The notes under the pieces were generated by a model that was not told the origin of the DNA, did not search any database, and saw only the letters and a list, made by a program, of their open reading frames with translations. A stretch of DNA of 64,000 bases. It comes from Kudoa neothunni. Its lineage: Eukaryota > Animalia > Cnidaria. Shown piece after piece: positions 53,178-64,000 of this stretch; position 1 is the stretch's first letter; every line of letters begins with the position of its first letter. The stretch covers positions 8,666,221 through 8,730,220 of the forward strand of contig OZ199839.1 of the NCBI GenBank assembly GCA_964304625.1. The letters are read 5' to 3'. Position numbers and translations under genes: made by a program.

Positions 53178-56100
53178 CTAATAAGCTAAAATCAGTTTAC
53201 ATTGTTTACAACTTATACTATCTACAATGTTTCCAAGAGTATTGCAAACGCGAGAGCTGTCAGGATGGTCGTCAGTATCTATAAAAACTCTGCAAATAAA
53301 ATAATTCTCATTATTATCCAATGCAAAAGTGAGTTCGTTGAGGGAGAGAAAGAAATGGCTTTTGTTCCACACCGACGTGGACTTTACTTCCACAAAGTAA
53401 CTAACTGTTGTATTGATGCATCTATATTAAGTATAAAGAAAAAATAGTAAATAATAAAATTTCAAAATACTCGACTGTAACGATAAAATCGTATGGTAGA
53501 AATGACTCTTCGTTGGCGTTTATCCATTCCACACTAATAATTTTGTAATTGTTAAAGTGGGTTTGTTGAATGATGTAATCGTTATAGAACTCCTCGCCCA
53601 AACGACCAACATGATCGGTAAATTTGCTGGATGAGTCGATATTAAAATTTTTTGGTAAATCATCATTGGAACGATAATTTTGAGGAGCAACGGATGAATA
53701 GTCTTGTTTTTGGATGGGATCCAATATCTGGTTATTTACAACATGACGAATGATGGAAGGATCGGAAACCACCTCAACAATAACACGTTTCCATTCAGAG
53801 AGTCGTACTGGTGGCCGAAAGAACTTCTCAAACTCAACCAGCAACTCATCCAACTGAGCTGAGGTGATTCTTGGAATTATTTCTTGATTAATTCTCAACA
53901 AGTTGAGGTACCAACACCAACAGTTAAGTTTGTCACGTTCGAGCAAAAATAGTTTACCATTAACAGAGACGGACTCACCTTTCAGTTGAACACGTACAAA
54001 GGGATTACTATCATTGAAAGCTACAATTTTCACGTCATAACTGTCACATTGAGGAATAACTAATGTGGAATGAGAACTTAGCGAGTTAGAGATTTTTGTG
54101 AAAACCTCATTGAAAATAGTTTTAAAGTGATCCTCAAGTGATGGTTCGTTTTTGATGCAATATTTGGATAGAGCTCCACATTCTATTCGAACAACCTTCG
54201 ATAACAGTTCAAATCCGTACAATTTTAGCAGGTACAATTTTGCATAACACTTTTTGAATTTTTTAACTGAAGGCAGTGTGTTGTCGAAAACAAGTTTCTC
54301 ACAGGAATCAGATGTGAGTCGAATACAACTAACGCATCGAAAATATTGAAGGTAATTCTCTACATAACAGTCATCGACAATAATTCGATAATTTTGTTTG
54401 GAAGATGCTTGACACAATTCCACATTCAGGATTTTTGAAAATAGACCACAATGTGTATTTAGTATAGAATCAAGTACACTACGGTTGGATAGAACCTCAA
54501 TTTGATTGTACAAACTTCCAAAATCAACAAAATTGGCATATCTCGTCTCAGCTTCATCCGACTTATAATGAATGAAAAATTTTAACACTTTGTCATTTAC
54601 TGCCCCCATATCAGCCATTTCATTGCATTTTTTGTCAATACCAGTCAAGTAACTGTCTAAGAGATGTAAATAATTTTTAGGCGACAGTTCAACATGAAAG
54701 AAATCAATAAATAGGGGTTTGAGAACCGAATCAGGATAACATCGCTTCAGAGAGTTAGCCGAATCAAAAATTTTATCATTGTAACAAACTTGACTACTAC
54801 TATACATTTGACCTTTGTTACCTTGTGTTTGGAGTTGGGATGTATTTTCCTCACCACATTGCGGTAGGTAAATTAGTTTTTTGCGGCGATCAATGTCAAT
54901 TTGAATTGATTCTTTAGTGTAACGCTTGGCTAAGGCCATGTAGATTGTAGTGAAAACAGAAATAGGGGGTAAATCAACATTATTCGAGCGAGAAAATTCA
55001 TCAAGAAGATGCAGACAAAAATCAACAGTCAATTTAGTCACGACACCAATATAAAACTGAAACTGTTTATTTATTATTGGTGTTTTTGTGAGAAATCTGT
55101 ACATGGAAGGATGATTGAATGATGGAGGGCACATGTTGCATGACATTAAAAAATTAGGCCGACCACATTTATCTATTTTATTTACAATCCATGATTGGGA
55201 TTTAACAAGAGTTTGTAAAATTTGGATCAGTTTCTGCAAATCATCTCCACAAAGCATATTATCGGTAAATAACCATTTAGATATCGACGAAAAATATTCA
55301 TCTACATAGGTTAACATTTTGGTACGTCCATCATTGGATCCGTCTTTGATAATATCAATCCATTGGGATATTGATTCGGCTTGATTGTAGTGAGGTACAA
55401 CACCTACACACTCAACATACGATCTAATCTTGTCTAAATCAACAAAGTTGATTGAATAATAGTTTAGATCAATGTAGAGGTGATCCCTCAAGGCAAACTT
55501 ATAATAAAGATCTCCACTATAGATTCTAGAATCTTTTAATGGGAGAAAATGTTGATTTTTATCCTCATCAATACAAACAAGAGGAATATTTTCTTTGATG
55601 GTTAACGCCAAGTGACCACCACTTTTCCACTCATTGAATAAAAACTCAAAAGTTTTATTATACAGCTGAAAACGACAATTGTCATTTATACTACCACAAA
55701 GCAAATAAGGAAAGATATGCTCATGCAAAAGTGATAATGTGTCCAATGATTTAAAATTGAAGACATTTGAAAGCAAATTTTCGATTTTTTCATTAGTGAA
55801 ATGCTTGTTCAATAGACTTTCAATCACAGAGTGGTCTAGAAGAGTGAAATTTGGTTGATTGATAGCGTTCGAGCAACAACTTAGGAACAGTTCACACAAA
55901 TATTGTAATGAATTATTATTACTATTCGTTGATATATTATCAGTATTTTTGCTTGTTGTCAAGTAGTAAACATTGTTAGGCAATTCATTCAGAGACGTTA
56001 TTCGATTGTGGAACAGTCGAATAAACCTAAGAGATTTCAGTTGATCACTTAGCATTTTGGAGTCATTATTTTGAATTTGAAATGGAGAACAAACGAGCGG

Positions 56101-59100
56101 TGACAACATATCCAGTTCTATGAGATCAATCATTAAAGCAATCATTTGATTGGAGATGGAATTAGTTTCTGTTTGACCGGTTTGTATCAAATAATGTATT
56201 ATCATTTTAAAATGGAAAAAATGGCATCCCAATTCCATCAGAGTTTCTCTTATGTATTGAGTAGACGATACAGGGGCGTTGCTGGTGATTTTGGGATGAA
56301 GTAGAAACAGTTGGTTCGCTTGACAAATTTCCGCAATACTAGCACCAAGATAAAGCGAGCTGTCGGAACGAAAATATTTGTCTAATTTCGTGAACCACTC
56401 GATTTCATAAACAACAACCACTTTAGAAGGATTTGTGAGAATAATCGAATCACATTTAATATTAACACATGGTACGAATTCACACATTTTTAACTCATCA
56501 AAAATCATCCGTCTCACAAAAAATAATTCCGACTGAAGATAACTATCTTTTCTCGGAATATACTTTAATAAAAGTGCAAATTTCGATAGTTGAAAAGACA
56601 ATTGGGATTTGTGTTCGATGAATAATCGACAACATTTGGCAAACAACGCAGCCACACCACTGAAAATGCCCATATTATGAGCTGAATCCAACACAACTTC
56701 TTCTCTAGAAGAGGAAAGTTCAAAGTCGGCCTGAATAATGAATTTAAAGCCATAGCTCCTCACCGGGAGAAAACAATAGAGCGATTCATGTTGAGGTTGA
56801 TAATCGAATATTTCTTCAAAACAAAACTCCTCTCCAAAAACAGGAGGGATTCGAAGTGAAACACAAATGTTATGTGTTTTCTCATTTTTGCTTTTTAAGG
56901 TGAAAAAACATTGAGAACTAGTTTGTTCAGCAATATTGTTGACTATGTCAGTTGAGGTGATGTACGAGAAATAAGTATCAGCTTGAATTTTGTCGTACGA
57001 GGTCAAAATTTCATTTTGGAACAATTTAATCGATTGAATATTGCGTAAAAACAACATCATAGAGGAGAAATCTTCATTGCACAACTTGAATGACCGTAGA
57101 TTTGGCTTCAGAGGTAAACGAACGCATGTTTGAAATTGTGACACACTCTTCAACAAATTTACGATACTCTCATCCAATAAGGCACATTGTTCTGGTAGAA
57201 TATATCCAATGGGACCATATTGTTCTGAATCAAACCTAAAATGAAACTCTCCAGAATGGATTTCAGGTTTGTTGGAGACACTAAACACCGATTTGAACCC
57301 TATGCCTTTACAACCTAAATTAATTAAAAAATATTATTATCAGCATTAAATATTCTTTCAATAAACTACCAACCTATTGTGGCTTTGTCTGCAATTTTGG
57401 TGCTGGATCCTACATCACAAATAGCCTCAACATCCTTCACATCAAAACCAATCTCGTTCGATGTGGCGAATAGGTCAGATTTGGTGAGAATAAATGCACA
57501 TGCAGGAACCAACATTCTTTTCGATGAGAGTAAATCCTTGGAGAAACTATCATCAAAATTTTGAATTAACTCATACACAAAATGACTTTTATTCGAGTAC
57601 AACTCTGAAGCTAGCTTCATTAATCCTCTACCCTGTCTATCTAATTGAGTTTTTAAAATCGGATCTATGCAGTCTATAGATTTATCAATTCCAAATTTAT
57701 TTTTCCTTATTTCCTCAATGCAATTTGAGTTGTATGAGGATTGTATTATGTTATTGTGATTGAAGGTTGGCTCTTTGATCGTCAAATGGTTATTTTCTAC
57801 ATTTGTCAGTGATTGAATAGACAAATTTGCTTCAACTGGAGCACCTGCTATAGTTGAAGTCGTGCCACTAAAATCAAAAAAGTATTCCAAATCTTCTACT
57901 AAACATTCTATCGCCATAACAACATATTTAACACAGTTATCACGACCATGGAAAGTTTTCACATGGGTGAAACCAAATTTTAAAACGTGTTCACGGTCAC
58001 AGTCACTCCCATTCTCAAACATATCGCTCAGAAGCGAGTGAAACACGTTCAGAAACAAGAAAGTGTTTATTTTAAAGGGTAAATTGGCTAGAACATCTAA
58101 CAAGAAACATCTTTTTGTTGTGTAATCCATAGAAATGGTGTTGATAGCGTTGGTCAATATTTGAGTGATTAAGCATGTAGGGACGTGATTCCAAAATTCA
58201 CCACAGGAAATTATAAAGGACACCAACAAACTAGCACATTTAAATGGATCTCGCTGTTTGAAACAATCTCCAACTAATTCTCCCAACTCTTTTGTTGAAA
58301 CACTCTTCAGTAATAGATAGCTATGCTCAATTGTTTCGATGAGTAAATGCTGACCTCTTTGATCAGCAAAATCATAAAAATATTTGTTCATGAGTGCTGA
58401 AGTGGTATCCGTCAACGGCAACGCATTAATAGGTAGATCGAATACAACACAGTTTCCCATGTTGTTGTTGTGCAGATATTGGTAAAATTTGATTAGATGT
58501 TTTTCAACTTTGATTTTGTGCTTAGAACGAAAGTCACGGAAAAAGTGTGATAATTTCACCACCGGAATAGCAGAATTATGTATGCTGTTATGAATCACAC
58601 TATTTTCGAATATCCGACGTAAATACATCACATCTATATTGTAATTTGATGAAACGTATCCATAAGCTAAGTCCTAGAAAAAAGAAATGTTATTCGATAT
58701 CTGTTTGATTTGCGTAACAACTAAAAGTTAAATACTTCATTGCAATGTCTTAGATAATTAGAAATCTGGCGATTCAAACTTGTCACCAAATTTGAGATAA
58801 AGTTGGATAAGCTATTTGAGTTGGAGGTTTCCGAAAGATTGTTAACAATTATTAATGGTAACGATGGGATATATTCCTTTAGATGTTGCTCATTACACAT
58901 TGAATCCATGGAGATGTTGATGGAGTCAGCGATGGAGTTATTAGGAAATGCACCAATTAAAGCGTCTAACATCGCTCCAAAAAAATAATCTAACGAAACA
59001 ACAGTGGACTGAGCGTTGTTGGCGAAAGTAGATTTGAGCTTTGTCAAAAAAGTGCTCATAAACTTGGTAATAGAAAACGAGCTGAGTTCTGTAACACCGG

Positions 59101-60413
59101 ATGAAGTCGAAGAACTTTTAGTGGAGACACGCTCTTTTAGCTTGTTCAAACCAACAACAATAAGATCAATCATCGAGTCACAATCGATGACGGATGATAG
59201 ATTTGGTTGTTGAGAAGTACCAACAATCGACATCAAACCCCCCATGACAATCACGTCAGATAGAAACTGTCTATCGGCATTATGCTTGATTTTCGAGGTA
59301 TGCTGAACAAACAAATTTTGAACATATTTTTCATATCGTTTAATGTCGTTTGGGAAGAAAGAAAGATTAGTTGAGTTGTTAAAGCAATTCATATATTGGA
59401 TAGTGTTTTCTATCAGAGTAAAAAGAGGAACGCTTTGAAAGAGTTCTACAAACTGAGGAGAATTGTTTTCAGGTGTGAGCGGGAAAATCGTATTAAAATG
59501 TTGATGCAATTGTTTGGTGATAGAACAAACATATTTTTGTTTCAATTCCTCAACCACATTGTCTACCAAGTTCAACTGAGCCGTAGACACTGCTTTCCAA
59601 TTCTAAAAAAAATTATTTGCGGTTGGAAAATGCATTGAACTAAGTAAATGTAGTGCCTTGATAAATTGATCAATATTGTTGATAATTAACCCCAACCTGT
59701 CAGGGTGACTGTAGTTGTGATGGTGGATAAAAAATTCAATAAACTCAACACACAAATTGGATTTATTTTGAATAGATTCTTTGTTGGATTCAAGCACACT
59801 CAAAAACTCATTCAATCCCAATAGAACACTTTTTAGAGTCACATTGTAAGGAGATTCGGTGGAGAGATAACAAAAGTGATGACCTATTGTGGGCAATAAA
59901 TGTATTGGACCAACTCCCAATTGGCCGAATTCCTCAACTTCCATCTGATAACAAATCCATTTTTCCAACTCATAAATAGTGGCCACTTGATGGCACACCA
60001 CATAACTTTCCACTATTTGAACCAGCTAGTAGAACGCACGAGTTAATGTATTAACTAATAATATCCATTTTTACTTGACTGATAAGGTGTATGTGTGCTT
60101 TTAAGGTTTGATTGCATTCGAAAGAATAATAATCACCGCTTTCCAAGTCAATACAATTTATCATTGAAAACCGTATCACTCCAATTGAAGCTAACATATC
60201 TCGCGCTGCTACCAACGGATCGGGATACTCGCACAATGAGATTCGAGTTTTGATGCAGTTCACTGCTAAATTTTCCAATTCAACCGACGTCAAACCGTAT
60301 GTAGCATGATGGCGTCGACTACCAATTCTTTTGAGAAATGGATAATTTGAGCGATGTTGTTGTAATTCAAAGTAACTAGAGAAACCCTGGAAATGTTTAA
60401 CATCACCCTCCAT
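53178..60413 (-). CDS. NOV: NO VEIN-like protein: N-terminal NOV region, sacsin-type GHKL ATPase, C-terminal DUF3883 (PD-(D/E)xK-type) domain
   Basis: IYELEKWIC...FGQLGVGP...HHF. ELYSNKSHFVYELIQNFDDS, NEIGF...ICDVGSSTK, IG|CKGIGFKSVF, LYCFLPVRSYGFKFIIQADFELSSSRE. C-terminal GRLGEEF, WINANEESFLPYDF, EVKST, FFLSLNEL. The long ORFs join through short GT-AG introns. Confidence 0.9.
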
Positions 60414-63400
60414 TCTCTAATTCCATAGCACGCGAAACGATGCAGCCTGAAAATTTTAAATATGATCGACTGATTTATGCTCCCCCTCTTACTAGCTTAA
60501 ATAATAATTTAATAAATTTGATGTATTTGTTTGAAAAAATGATTATACGCAATATTAAGGCTGTTTTCGAGTGCTAAAATTTCGGGTAAAGAATCCTCGA
60601 TAGAAGTCGGACATAATCGGGTACATACAAAATCAAATATTTTGCATTATTCAATGAATCTATTATCACATATAATTTTTTATCTGTTGGAAATATTTTA
60701 TGCGTTTTGAAAAACTAGAGAATTCGGCCAACTCTCTAATGTTTTAGTTGAATATCGGAAGAGGTTTTTGGATTAAAGAGTTGGGATTATTTAACAAATT
60801 TAACATCTTCGAACAGTCCACATGTCTATTAATTTTCAATATATATATATTTATTAAATGAATACATTTTGATTAAAATAATTGCATGATTCAATTTAGT
60901 TTAATCTCGATGGTTATATTGTGCAAATATTTTTATACATAAGCTTATACAAACCGTATAAATTTTTGATTTCATTCTTTTGTTTCATATTGAATAAAGA
61001 TACATTAATTGTTGTCCGATAATGTAGACTACTCTACAACAACCCAACGACTAATTTATTCGAAAACACCTAATATGGATTTGGATTTTGCCAAGTGTAA
61101 AAATTTTGTGAATAACCAAATAATATGTTATTTTCGTTAGAGGAATAATCGTTATCCGATGATTTTTAGGGTAAAAGTATACCTTTTGATAATTTTCATT
61201 TAATCAATCTATAAAATTACTTATATATAAACAAAAGGAGCATTTCTGGTATAAATATTGGCGTCGACCTTATTAACCCTCATCGCTCTACTTTGTCCGA
61301 GAAAATTAAAAATGTTACGAAAAACAAATTTCTTAATTACTATTAAACAAAAAACTCCAAATCAATAAAAAGAAATTAAATATGTCGAATAAATCTAAAT
61401 CTGAAAATGTGTGAATTGTTTACTGATGTATAAAAGGCATTAATTCATAATTAATAAAGTATAATTATTTGAGTTTAAAAGCATTCTAATGATCTCAATT
61501 ATGTAGTTAAATGAAATAACGGATTATGTGTAATCAAGTTAATTCTGGAAAGTATTGATGAATAAAACCAAGTGAATTTCACTGTTCAAACTTGACCACA
61601 GACTGTGCCAGAAATACATAAATCCTGCCTCTCAATTAGCAATAATGTATCTCGTGAATAACACATGATTCGAGATCAGCGTTATATATTTCCTCCCAAT
61701 TTTGTAACTTTAATTTTTCCATGGGTGTTATCTATAAAATTATTTTTCTGACCCTTGGAATTTTCGAGGGTTGAATTTGTGCACCATTGTTATATGCTGT
61801 TATACTACTTTCGTAACAATCAGATTATATGATTAGAAAAAGACTTCCCTTTTATTCTTGGTGTAATCTATTTTCTTGAACTTTTTTCGTGAGATTTAAG
61901 AAAAAAATACAAAAGTTTTTTTAATTACATTGGTAAAAATTGATATTTTAATGGTTTTTACCATTTTTATTATGGCGAAGTTTATTTTATTATTAAAAAA
62001 AGTGTTAAAATCTTTATTATATTTGACTAAAAATAATAAACTATTAATATTTCGGATTAACTTTCATGATTACCAAACAAATTTTATTTGAGGTTAACTT
62101 TGTTTATCTCAGAAACAATTTCATTAGTTTAATTAATGTATATTTACATAGGATATATTGAGAATTAGTTTGGGGTGGCTAAATTTATTTGATGTAAAAT
62201 GGAGGCACGTGACCCAAACCCTTGAAATTTTTATTTTAGATATAAAAATTAAGGTTATGTTCTGGTGATATAATAGGATTATTATGTCTTGTAAGATTCA
62301 ATCGTACTTCCAATTGACAGAAAATTGGCGATGTTGGACATTATAGGTACTCCCAACTAAGAGAGATAGAGAGAGGGATTAATAAAAATTCCCCAAACAT
62401 AGAAAAATTAACGCCTTGAGCTGGCGAGGGGATAAAATTTGGCGTTAGTGGTTACCCTAAGATGAGTCTTTCTCGTGGTTTCCATCCCCATAGAGCCATA
62501 AATTGATGAAACGAATAATTACCGAGAATTGTTGCCACGTTTAGAACATTCACGGAGACGAATTAACCATTCAGAACTTAATAAGATACGCCAGTTACAT
62601 TATTTTCTATCCTGAAGACATTATCTATCTATATACATAAAAGGAATTTTCTTTGCCAAATCATTTAATTAGTAATTTAGTTATAGGGAGGCTAAATATT
62701 TTCGATGTTTACTTTTAGGAAAATCAATGGTTAAATCGATTTCAATTTAAATTTGCAGAGTCTGATTATAATATATTGAAAATATTGATTTATTCGTTGT
62801 GATTTTTTTATATATTTAACATACATAATTTTGATATATCCTCTATACATGATGGAAAAGAAAGGCTTTTAATTCGATATAAAAAAATAAATGATTTCTA
62901 TTTAATAAAATAAAAAAGTTATTTCTTTTATTTTTATAATCTAAGATTGCTATTAAATATTATGTAATGAACCAATGATCAAAGAACCATAGGTTTTCTA
63001 ATGAGAAAAATTAGTCTAAAAGCATTATTTGTTGCAATTCGTAATAAATAACCTGGATCTGAGTAACGTACCGCATTCAAAAAAACGTGTTAACATAAAC
63101 TACATTAAACAGCTTTATCATCTTATTAAGGTTTTTATCAAGCTACCAATAGTTAGAATTTTTAATCTCTATTAAATGATTAAATTCTCTAACTAAAAGT
63201 ATTACCAAGAAGATCCACATATAATAACAAATATAATGAAATCTCATGGTGAAAGTATCGATGTTATTCTACTTGTCCAAGATTTATTGCATTATATGGA
63301 CTGAATGAATAGATATAGACAATAGGAATCATTATACTCGTGGAGGAGAATGAATGTGTGTTAACGAGATATTAACAACCGAATATCAGTTTTTTGTATT

Positions 63401-63476
63401 CATTTGGTACGATTAAGCTCCGACTTGGTACTAAAAAAAGGACCTAGCGATTTTGGGCTAACTTAATTTTTGATTC

Positions 63477-64000
63477 ATGTTGTTTCGATTACTATTATTT
63501 TTTGCATTGTGGGTCGAACAGTGCCATTTCCAAAGTAATGTTACAATGTGTTCCATGAATAATAGAGATATATAGTTTCTAAATTGAACTTGAAAAAACA
63601 GGATGAGGAATATATTTTAGAGTTTTCCTTGCAGAGTGGCTCCACAGAGAACGATTGTTCCGTTAGATATATTGGATATGAAAAGGCAAAATCTGGCACG
63701 AACAGATTTTTTGGGCATTTAGGACAGAAAGGAAAATATCGTTGCACCAGTGAAAAAAATAAACTCACCCTCGAATATATAGACCAAAAATATTACTTAG
63801 TCGTTACCGACGACAAAAATAAACAAGAGGCTTATGTTTTTTATGAAAGTAAACCTTAGTGATAGGTAAAAGGTTTTAATCAATTTATTTTTTTAGAAAC
63901 CACCAATACTAACTTGAAATTGTCCATTGAAAAAGACATTATGGATCTGAAAATCTCTGATCCATTTTCAATTAAAAAAATGAAAGTTAGATTAGATGGA
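63477..64000 (+). CDS. Secreted or surface beta-sandwich repeat protein, 3' end outside window
   Basis: Signal-peptide exon MLFRLLLFFALWVEQCHFQ, a phase-1 intron, then a ~90-aa exon ISKLNLKKQ...ENDCSVRY...YRCT...QKYYLVVT...FYE, another phase-1 intron, and KTTNTNLKLSIEKDIMDLKISD... open to the window end. Confidence 0.72.

Noticed and set aside
61272-61772. TTAACCCTC...GAGGGTTGA possible piggyBac MITE, plus lone hAT-like ends at 26385 and 32392
   Set aside because: The match is only about 5 bp or the partner end was not found, so boundaries cannot be supported.
1-64000. tRNA, rRNA, CRISPR arrays, prokaryotic operons or defence islands
   Set aside because: None seen by eye. The genes are intron-containing eukaryotic genes and there is no regularly spaced repeat-spacer array.

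Overview
AT-rich eukaryotic DNA, almost certainly animal (FoxN1/4-type forkhead gene, piggyBac/Tc1/Helitron relics). Proteins are divergent and most GT-AG introns are only about 30-55 nt, which would fit a compact parasite genome such as a myxozoan cnidarian (inference only). Recognisable spliced genes are Sec24C/D (5'-truncated), FoxN1/4, Cdc37, a minimal PAIP2-like ORF, a SMAP-type ArfGAP, CDC40/PRP17 and a very large NO VEIN/sacsin-like GHKL ATPase with a DUF3883 nuclease-type C-terminus. Several genes are missing from the ORF track because their exons are short: a coiled-coil gene, a small convergent gene and a 51-aa membrane microprotein. The intergenic DNA holds many decayed transposons, including two full-length dead piggyBacs, several MITEs, Tc1 and retroelement fragments, and Helitron ends. 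The most novel-looking element is a type I membrane protein (42781-45763) built from about 7 divergent 4-Cys FN3-like modules on phase-1 exons plus two micro-exons. It lies between two diverged ~600-bp direct repeats, and a second gene with similar architecture starts at the right edge of the window, so these may belong to a lineage-specific surface-antigen family. Exon structures were read by eye and no database search was run.
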